From contig NW_020847149.1 of the NCBI RefSeq assembly GCF_003704095.1, positions 186,001 through 250,000 of the forward strand: a stretch of 64,000 nucleotides of DNA, read 5' to 3'. The stretch comes from Pocillopora damicornis. Lineage: Eukaryota. Made by a program: the position numbers and the translations under genes. The notes under the pieces were generated by a model. That model was not told the DNA's origin, did no database searches, and saw nothing but the letters and a program-made list of their open reading frames with translations. Shown here in pieces: positions 12,215-21,758 of this stretch (the first letter of the stretch is position 1; every line of letters starts with the position of its first letter).

Positions 12215-14450
12215 TTAAAAACTGCATTTATCTTAACCAATCAGAACTGAGTAATTTTTTCATGTATATTATTAGGTTTTATAACATTGCGCGTGCGCAA
12301 AGCCTACCTATTTCCGAAGGAGCTACTATGGCAAAAATACTTATGTACTGCATAGCCGTGCATCCATCACATGACGGGTGCAATTTCACCGTCAAATTAC
12401 ACCCGTCCCTTTCAGCCGCGAGGTTTCAAAACTTTCAAGATATTTCCCTGCTCTATCCCGATTGAGATAAACCTTTTGGAGCTCAAAATGAAAATAATAC
12501 GTGCTAAATTACACTAGTTTCGAAAAACAACGAGCATGTTGTTCTTTCAAGCGAAAAAATTAGTTTTGGAGTTGACGATACTTCATTCCAAAAGGGGATG
12601 TTAATTTTGGTTTAAAACAAAACTAAGCTTTCCGACTTGAACTGAGGCTTTGCGACATTAGGTAATCTTCACTAAACGGTAAATATTATTTTGATGTGTC
12701 GATATGTCCTAGAAATGTTGTTCAATGTTTCGAAATCGTACGATTTCCAGAATTTTCAACACAAAGCTACGCTTCTAGTAAACAATAATTCAAGTAAGGT
12801 AATTCTTCCACACTGGTCTCGTAAATACTAGAAATTTGCAAGTTTTTCGCTTCGTTTTTCGAACACTTAATATTATTTTTAAGTGTTGATATTTCCTAAA
12901 AGTACACGTTCAATAATCGTATAATTTCGGAATTTTAAAAGTCTTCAATACCGGCCGTTAATTCTAGTAAACAACGATTCAAGCATGCTGAATCTACTGC
13001 GTGGTCTTGTACATGCAAGAAACTCGTTCGTTTTTCGCCACTGAGCAGAAAATTTACCACTCTTTTAACAAAGATCCGGTCACAAAATATTTCTTGGTCG
13101 TTGTTGCCTGATTCAACGGTTAAAAAATAACACTCGCAGATATTTTGCGGGTTGCAAAGTATTTTTCCGCCTCGTAAGGGTGAGGAAAAATACTGATAAT
13201 GAGTAAAATGTTTATACAACGGATTTATGATCCACCATATCATCCTCCATTTTGGCGTCTTGTGTTCGAAATACATTCTACGGTCTATCTTAGCATAAAT
13301 AAATCGATCGAATATGACCTACGTGAAAGACGATACCAACGCAAGCGGAAAAATTAAGGTTTTTTTTTTAAATGACTGGTAAATAAAGAAAGATTTGCGG
13401 GTTCATTTTTTTTGTAACATCTTAGCCATTATGCTTACTTCTTTAAAATTTCTCGTGCCTCCGACTCGACACAGGCCCCTTCAGCAAGTAAGTGCGCATG
13501 CAAAACCTACACAGATCATTTTTTTACCACTCTAATCCTCGTTTTTAAGGACTGATTTCCAGCTGACATAGTCTTCAAGATTATAATGACACCTACTAAT
13601 TATCAAGTGTTGTTGATTTTTTTCCACAATTTCTTGTTGATCCCTTGGACAATGCGTTGAATTTGAAACGAGAATCCTGTTGTTCGTCCACTCGGCAGCT
13701 CTATGCGCATTGCGAACTGAAGAAGGCAAATTATACAAGTGTTTCTAATCAATTCTTGCTGGCACTTCTAATTTTTAAAAACGTGAGAACTTTTTTCCTG
13801 AGTAGCAGAATTTGATATCCTTCTTTAGTAAAACCAATTCGAAGCGAGTCTATATGCGAGTCGTGATTCGTCATTAAGGAAAGAGATTTCAATCCTTTTT
13901 CACCTCTGGGATTTTTTTAATTATGAATCACTGTGCTTTGTCCTAGGCTCATTCAAACAATTTCTTTTTTTTATTTAAACGTAATCATAGAAGCAATTTT
14001 AAACTCCCAGTCATTAGTCACATACTTGTCAGGTAAAGCTGTTTTTGCTCAATTTCCGTTTCCAGGCAAAATGAAAGTCACCTCATAAAGATAGGAAAGA
14101 GCTTAAACTCATCAGATCAACTGCAAAGTTTGTTTTCTCACAATTGACTGACAGATGTAACGACATATATTGCCGCATTTGGATCATCTCCAATTGACAC
14201 CTCAATACCCACAGCTGCCGTCAACATTTTTCTTCTAAATCTACTTTGAAATCGATGCAAATACTCCCTACTTTTCAGTATCATTGTTGTTTCTGTTCAC
14301 CGGACAAGTGTTGCTGGAGAAGCTGTTGAATTTCTTGTTCGACTTTTTCATGCTTGGACCTCAGATAAAAAGGGATTTCTTGTTTCTTTGGACATAAAGT
14401 TGAAACTAGCTCGTATCCGGGCAAGGACCCAAAGACATCAAAGCTCGAGT

Positions 14451-15398
14451 ATGGTTTTAAAGATAGGAAACAAAACTGAAGACTCTGAGAGAGATATTTG
14501 TTATCATTTTACCCACACGCATTTTAACATGGGGGAATTTTCTCCCGCTTGGTACATTTTCAACTGCGTTGTAAACATCGTGTTTTCCATAACGGCTATT
14601 GCATCTAATCTGGTAATCCTTTTTGCTATTCGCCGGACACCAACGCTTCACACCCCATCTGGCACGCTTCTTTTCGGTTTGGCACTCTCCGATCTTGGCG
14701 TTGGTTTAATAGTCCATCCTCTGTTTTTTTCGCAAATATTAGCCAAGGTTATACGGGATCCATCGCTATTCTGCGATGCTGGAATTACGGTGGAAATCGC
14801 AGCGAACGCCCTTTGTATCGTATCTCTGCTAACTGTTACCGCTGTTAGTGTTGACCGGTATCTAGCTCTTCGTCTTCATTTAAGATACAGAGAGCTCATA
14901 ACGATAAGACGCGCAGTTTTGCTTCTCGTTGGTATTTGGTTATCCAGTTCAACATTTGGTTCGCTGTGGCTATGGCAACATGAACTTGTGAAGATAGTTG
15001 CAATCACTATCATCAGCGTAAGTCTCTGTATTGCTTCGTATTCCTACATGAACATTTATCGTATCGTGTTGCATCACAGGTCGGTCATACGAGTGCAAAG
15101 CTCGTCTGTCAGTCAGGCTTTGGACAAAGACGAACAAGAGATAAACGTACAAAAAATTAAGAAGCAAGCAGTGGGTTCATTCTGGGTTTACTGTCTACTA
15201 GCTGTTTGTTTCACGCCATATTTGTGTACCGTCGCTGTTATAGAGGCCAAAGGAATCACGAGCGCGACTCGCTTATCGTATGAACTTGGGGCAACTTTAA
15301 TCTTTGTCAATTCATCTCTCAACCCTCTCATTTATTGTTGGCGCTTGCGTGAAATAAATGAGGCCGTAAGACAGATGCTGAGGAGTTTACACAGCTGA
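14451..15398 (+). CDS. Intronless class A GPCR, paralogue 3 (most divergent)
   Basis: LALSDLGVG, SVDRYLALRLHLRY, CFTPY, NSSLNPLIYCWRL; first ATG at 14451. Confidence 0.9.
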   Translation: MVLKIGNKTEDSERDICYHFTHTHFNMGEFSPAWYIFNCVVNIVFSITAIASNLVILFAIRRTPTLHTPSGTLLFGLALSDLGVGLIVHPLFFSQILAKVIRDPSLFCDAGITVEIAANALCIVSLLTVTAVSVDRYLALRLHLRYRELITIRRAVLLLVGIWLSSSTFGSLWLWQHELVKIVAITIISVSLCIASYSYMNIYRIVLHHRSVIRVQSSSVSQALDKDEQEINVQKIKKQAVGSFWVYCLLAVCFTPYLCTVAVIEAKGITSATRLSYELGATLIFVNSSLNPLIYCWRLREINEAVRQMLRSLHS

Positions 15399-17101
15399 GA
15401 ACTGACAACTGAAACAGATTCGCTTTCAGCGCAATTTTCTGATTAAAAGATAACCTGGTTAATATCGCGAATAGAAGAAGGGGTCTAAAAAAAAGGGAGA
15501 TGAAATTTTGATAAGAACATCTTTTATTGAAATGAAAATTTTAATTACTTCTGATTTCCGACTTCATGCCAAGAGAGTGGTTCGTTGCGAAATGAAACAA
15601 AAATAATTTGTCCAGCATGGAAGTTTTTCAGTTTGCTTTTTTGTTTGCGCAATAAACTTCGTTGCGGAGAACGACTTAAATTTCCATATGAAAACCGAAA
15701 AACTAGAAGTCCTCGTCACCTACATTTTAAAAATGAATGAATTATAATAAATGAATTTGAGAACACAGGATGTATAGAATTGAACGAACAATAGTGTGTT
15801 AAAAATATTACAGTTAGAGAGCAATCAATCTACCAGCGCTTATTTGGTGTTCTCCGCCAACTTCAGCGGAAATTAATCTTTGCAACACATCTGTAAAACT
15901 AGGAATCTAAACTTCGTTTTACAGTTTTCCGTTTAACTTGTACAGGTACCTCCTATTTTTCCGTGCTTCTCTTCCTCGAATGATCGCGGATGAAGCGCGA
16001 GGTCCGTTGAGTGCGGGAAAAAAAATCCAGAGTTTATTTTCAGTTTTAATGTGACAGCCTCTAGGCCAAAATTGTTATGTAATTTCTTCCTCATTGACAA
16101 CGCTTCAGAGCGCTGCACTTTCTCTCCCTTTTATCACGTTCAAAAAGGATTTGTCAAAGTTGTAGATTTATTACGATAAGTTTTAATTAACAATGAACGT
16201 TTCCAAGAAGTCACATATCTAAGAAGATCTATATTCGACATTTCCGTTCTTTCCGGCGTACTTGCTTGAGCCTCAGCACCATAAATTGCTAAGATAATGG
16301 ATCAATTGCTTTAAAAGATCTCCAGTCTGATTCTTAACTGCCTTAATTACATACATAACGTGGCCCATGAAGAGGCGAACAGACACTTTAAACTGAAAAA
16401 TGCTCTAAAAAGTTCTTTATGTCAGTCCACCTCACATCATTCATTTGCAGCGAAAGCTTTGCACGTGGTCTGGACGCGCACGCAAAAAGACGATTTTCTT
16501 GTTAGAAGAGGTCCTTCATGTGCATCCATGTGAATCCACGGTTAAAGAAAAAAATCAATATTCCATTTGGAAGATAATTATGTGAACACTATGATATAGA
16601 ACCCCTCCGTTTAAAGAAAAGTCTTTAAAGATGCCGGTTAAAGAGAATAAAAATTTAATAATTTTTCCAATTTCCTTATTCATTTGACCCATGTCGATCA
16701 ATAGGTTCGTAAGTTCTGCAGGTCCTCTAGTTGCCTGACACCAACATCGACAATAGTGGTTTCTCCGCATGAGATTGAAACACCTCATGGAGTACTCAAG
16801 TAGATAATTTTGTTTAATTTCTGGCCCCGAGTAAAGCCTTAATAACAGTATGAATAATAACATCTGTAAACTGAATATTAGGCTCCAGAAATCATTTGAA
16901 AATTTCTTCAATCTTGCTATGATATGGTGAGTCCGGCGATTTTGAAACTGGAAAAAAAATTGCCCCATAACTCCCCTAAAAAAAGATAAGACTTATTCTT
17001 GTTTTGAGAGCAGAACAAATCAAAATATGTTTCTTTTATTTCATTTCACTTTTCGAAAAAGACAAATTTCAGCCATGAGTTACATGGCTCTTGACTGGAC
17101 A

Positions 17102-17310
17102 AGGTAATATATTCATCTGAGTTAATAACGTAAATTGACCACCGGAAAGAGTTTAAAAGCTAACGTTTCGAGCGTTAGTCCTTTGTCAATCGCTCTGACG
17201 AAGGGCTAATGCTCAAAACATCAGTTTTTAGACTCTTTAAGGTAGCCAATTTACGTTATCAACTCAGTTGATAAAACTAAATTACCCTGTTATACCCTCC
17301 CATCGACGCG

Positions 17311-17342
<32 letters not shown>

Positions 17343-17349
17343 TTTTATT
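17102..17349. mobile_element. Penelope-like element 3' fragment in inverted arrangement with two degenerate hammerhead motifs
   Basis: gtttcgagcgttagtcctttgtcaa (minus copy) abuts gctCTGACGAagggctaatgctcAAAAcatcag (plus copy); same family as 28039-28211 and 58818-59006. Confidence 0.7.
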
Positions 17350-18149
17350 AATTTACTCAGCTATCGACTTTCGCACTTACTTGAAAAAGCTGATTAAACT
17401 AAACGAAGTAAACAAACGAGGATAGTCCTAAAGAAATTTATTAGTTGGAGGTTATTATTTACTCGAAAACTGGGTAGATAATGGATGAAGTGTTACATTT
17501 CGGCTTCTGTCCGACTGTCTGATAAAATTGATTGAAACATTTTTTGTGGTAATAGTGCGCCGCTCAGGTAAAACCACAATCGATGTTAGCGTAACAGCCT
17601 TCAGAACGAAGGTAAACATTAACAATGAAGGTAAAACTTTACAATGAGACAACTAAAAGTAAAAACAATCAAGCTACATAAAGCGCGGGAAAACGCAGGT
17701 GAACAAGGCAAGATTGGTTGTAGCTTGATTCTGATTGGTATATGTTGAAAGGGCCGCGTGAGCCTTCTGAGCTTAGTAAGGCAAGCTTGATGCAATCTCG
17801 GATTACATTAAACAACCCAAGTGAAAATTTATCACAAATGCGGGACGGTCTTCCGTATCTAGGGTCAGTTGCACCGTGCCGCGATTTTATTGACAAATTA
17901 TTCCTAATTCCACTTCTCTTGGACTCACTTTCTCCATCGAAACTACACTTTTGAGATATTTTTCACCACCAATAACAGCGTTTTTCACGACGAATTTTCT
18001 CTCGTAAAGAGAAAGTCCTCGATATTATATTGCTGGCCAGTAGAGAACTGGTAACTTGAGAAGCTTTTTCTGCAGTATTTACATTATGAGTGATTTTAGT
18101 GCCTTAAAGCAGTCTATAATTTCATAACTCCAAGCGTAACATAACAGAG

Positions 18150-18423
18150 TATTTAAGATGCACCTAAATTAAAAAGAAAATAGTATATGGAAGAGAAAAG
18201 ATGAGGTTGGCCTTTAAAGTCTTATGTTGAACCATCACCAATCTTAACTCTTTACACCCTAACATTAGTTTGCATATTCTCCATATTATTTAAGATACAC
18301 CTAAATTAAAAAGAAAATAGTATATGGAAGAGAAAAGATGAGGTTAGCCTTTAAAGTCTTATGTTGAACCATCACCAACCTTAACTCTTTACACCCTAAC
18401 ATTAGTTTGCATATTCTCCATAT
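18150..18423. repeat. 137-bp tandem duplication that includes the left end of a TTAA MITE
   Basis: tatttaagat..cacctaaattaaaaagaaaatag... occurs at 18150 and 18287, nearly identical. Confidence 0.85.
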
Positions 18424-18583
18424 TGTTCTCTGAACACTTACTGACGCGCTGACAAGGAGAATTTGTTGAACAATCAAGGGCTTTTTTGGCTGCTGATCAT
18501 TTTCTTTATTCTCGTGACCCTAATGTGTGATTCGGGGATCTTATTGTGAGGAAAAATTAGACTTTAGTCACTCTTAGGGTTAA
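18381..18583. mobile_element. TTAA MITE (piggyBac-type)
   Basis: ttaactctttacaccctaac ... gtcactcttagggttaa; homologous to the elements at 42.4-42.8 kb. Confidence 0.7.
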
Positions 18584-19232
18584 GGCATATTTCCAAAAGG
18601 AATCGGAAATGATCAGACGCGTTTTGACATTTTTTGAGAGAAAACAACTGGAGCAATTTTTTGAGTGGGTAGATACCTAGAAACTGATCGCTTAAGACTG
18701 GATCAGAAAAACTTAGTATGTTGTAGCGGGCTAAACTCATTAAACAAAATATTGTACGTGAATCTAAACACATTACCAGTTATCCTTAAAGTTTGACATA
18801 GATTTCTGGCAATTTTCGTTCTGATAAGTTAATGATGACTCAGACATATAATTTCCAGGCAGATGATTTTAGCTTCGTCCTTCTCTCGTAAAATGTAGAG
18901 CTCGTATATTTTTTTTTAATCAAAAAATTTGATCAATCATTACAGGAATTAAATGGGTGGAGGCATAGCCGAGGCTCAAACTACATAACAAATACCAAAG
19001 CCTAATAACACAAGTTATAATGTTCATTATAATGATAAATCCTCCCCAAGATTAAATCATATCGTTAATGCACGTAGGTTCAAATTCTGGTTACATAGCT
19101 TCAATTTCTCTTATAATGTAATTGAATGTTCAGGATGCCTACATATATACAGGCATTCAGGATGGATCTGCAGCAAATTGCGACGGGTCTTCTGATCTCT
19201 TCTCATACATCTTAGCCTTTTGATTTCTGAAC

Positions 19233-21758
19233 TTAGTTACCTGGCATTGAATACATGCACAGAAGTCCATTTGCACTGATGAGTTCATCTGCAGAACGCT
19301 CTCCTGACAAAGCTTCTTTCTGACCTCTCGAACTTAGACTAGGATAAGTAAATCTTGGGCCTGCACCATTTGGTTTCAGAATTCCAGTACGCTCTTCTCT
19401 CTCTTCTCCTTGCTCATTTGACAGTTCATGCGTCGGGTGTAAAGAAGGACAAGTGGTAAGTCGGTTGTCAGTAGTTAAGCCAGCACTCATGGAGCCAGCT
19501 GTAACTGGCACTACTCCAAACACGGCATGAGACTTAACTTGACACGAGCAGTAATTGTGCGCCCGTGGAAGAGGCCAACGTCGCTCAGCGTTATTATAGG
19601 TATAAAATGCGCACACATCAGGACGCTCCTCGCAGCGTATCGGTCGAATATTGCTTTCTCTCTTGCGCCATTTGGATCGACGATTTTGAAACCAAACCTA
19701 AAATTAAAGAAATATGTTTTTCGTCTTGTCACCAGCGTGGGACAAAGAAAAACTCTGAGTACCCATGAGGAATCGAACCTCAGACCTTCGGATAGCCTGC
19801 AGTACAGGCGTCTTGTTAGTGCGAGCTAACACTAAAAGCTCGCGATCGTTTGTTCCACCGGCGATTTTTGATTTGCAGTTAGAGTGGACGGTGAGAGTGG
19901 GGGGCGGGGAAGGGGAGAAATCTTCACTTCCCTACCCCCATCCCTCTCCTTATTTTTGACCGTCGACCGCCCCCTTGGTATAAATTTTTCCTCTCCCCAG
20001 CCTTCCGCTGCCATTAAAATCAAAGGTGGTGACCATAATATTCGTTATGAAATTACTTAGCACTCGCTAGCCTAAATTACGCCTGCTTTGCAGGCTAACC
20101 TTCGGATTCCGCGCTCCGATGCTCTACCACTGAGCCAAAGAGACTCCACGGTGAGCGAGGTCTATTAAGAAGTTCATTTGACAAAATTGTAGATGACGGA
20201 AATCCTAGCTTCAGCTTTTAGCGAGCGGCTACTCAAATAAAGATTGACTTAGAATGTCAAAGTTGAGCGAATGACGTAAAGCAGCTGAAAATGAACGTAT
20301 TTATTCTTCATCACGAGAGATACTGGAACCTGGTAATTAGCGGTGGCATTAGAAAGCATTCTACTAAAAACATCGAGAAAAATGTATAACTAGAAGAATT
20401 AACAATAATATATTGGAAATTTAAATGTTTGAATAACAAGGTCTGACCTGTACACACGCCTCACTGACTCCCAGTTCCGCGGCTAGCGCCTCACGAATTG
20501 TTACTCCGGGATACTTATTCCACTGAAACACCGACTGCATCCTCTCCAGTTGCCGTACTGTGAAGGCTGTTCGCTTGCGGCGTAATCCTTTTCTGTCCTG
20601 TTTTGGCCCCGGTGCCTTCCTTCCTACAGTTCCTGATTGCCTTAAACTTCCCTCATCTGTTAAGAGAATTTTTTCATAATTTGTCCGTTTGTTAATAATT
20701 GGGCGGCTGTGTTACAGAGCTAGGAGTCTCTGACTCTGTAAACAGTCAGGTAGCCGATACAAATTTTTCAGTTGGTTCATCAAAACTAATGTTTGTTTTT
20801 TCAAAGAGTGTTGAAAGATGATTGTCCAGATCACTGTACAGCTAATATATGAGGGGGAGGCGGGGGAGAGAAAGAAGGACCAATCAGGAAGTGGCCCAAA
20901 CTCACAATTTAAAAACAACGTCTTTCAGTATATCAGATTCAGTTCACAACTTGTGAATGGTACATGACGCCAGTTTCCCAACGGCTACCAATCTCATTTT
21001 AGAAAAGAGGAGGGCGGGTTCCACGAAGGTTACAAAAGAGAAGGCGCTATGGAAGCAAGTGATTTACCAGATACATGGATTTTTCACGAAGCACACAGTT
21101 ATTTTCCATACTATGAGTTTTTTCAAATAACACAAAATACGAGTATAGAGTTCATGATGTGTTAAAGCACGAAAAGAAGTAAAGGGAAGTTGCGCTGTCC
21201 AGGTCACAACAAATCATGCATCAACAAAACATTTTTTACAGCCCATCAAGCAGAGCGAATCAAAGGAAAGGCGTGGAAATTAAGATAATCCCACGATATG
21301 TTCTGTTACGTCCAAGGTCTGACATACTTTCGCTATAGTGTATCAAGACAGTGTGATCTCGTAATAATGTTAAAATCGGATACAGTGAACATCATCCAAT
21401 TTATGGTTAATTACTTTGGTTCAACTCTCAGTGGGACATCAAGTCTTTGATGACTGATAATTGGTAATTTTCTTCGTAAACAACGTATCAGCCAGAGATC
21501 AGCCTTTATGGAAGTAAAATTGGCTTTCCTTTTCGCTCTGTGTGTGTTTACATTTTACAGAAACGGCTACATTGGCGACGAATTAATCTAAGCTTAAAGG
21601 AGGGAAGAAAATAAAGCAGACAGAGCATACTTGGTGGTCAACCTCGTGGTCTGCGGGGAAAAGTGAGCTCGTTGTTAAGTCGATGAAACCACCTGAATCA
21701 AAAACTCACCTACTCCATGGTCCACCTGTTCTCGTTTTATGCTCACGTTCTGATCCAT
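19233..21758 (-). CDS. PRD-class Q50 homeobox transcription factor, ~240 aa, 3 exons
   Basis: Exons 21758-21710, 20656-20448 and 19697-19233; all introns GT-AG and phase-consistent. Homeodomain LRRKRTAFTVRQLERMQSVFQWNKYPGVTIREALAAELGVSEACVQ|VWFQNRRSKWRKRE has the intron between residues 46 and 47, typical of PRD class. Exon 1 is the least certain. Confidence 0.88.
19715..20185 (-). mobile_element. tRNA-derived (SINE-like) repeat, interrupted by a MITE, inside homeobox intron 2
   Basis: Minus-strand A box TGGCTCAGTGG (20137-20127) and B box GGTTCGATTCC (19779-19769), separated by the insertion. Confidence 0.65.
19793..20097. mobile_element. 305-bp MITE with 9-bp TSD
   Basis: TIR tagcctgca...tgcaggcta; perfect TSD accttcgga at 19784-92 and 20098-20106. 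Confidence 0.85.

Larger units (their letters stand above)
10356..12274 (-). mobile_element. Crypton-type tyrosine-recombinase DNA transposon, near full length, decayed
   Basis: Contains the recombinase pseudogene. Both termini are defined by comparison with the derivative at 54828-55395 (taataatatacatg... and ...gattacctatacaaat). No TSD and no reverse transcriptase. Confidence 0.8.

Noticed and set aside
16555-16968. FQNRR in a minus-strand ORF after an acceptor-like tract, suggesting a second homeobox
   Set aside because: No Trp48, no basic tail and no upstream helix 1-2 exon found; probably coincidence.
19760-20140. tRNA gene
   Set aside because: A and B boxes are embedded in a longer repeat and split by a MITE; no intact cloverleaf.
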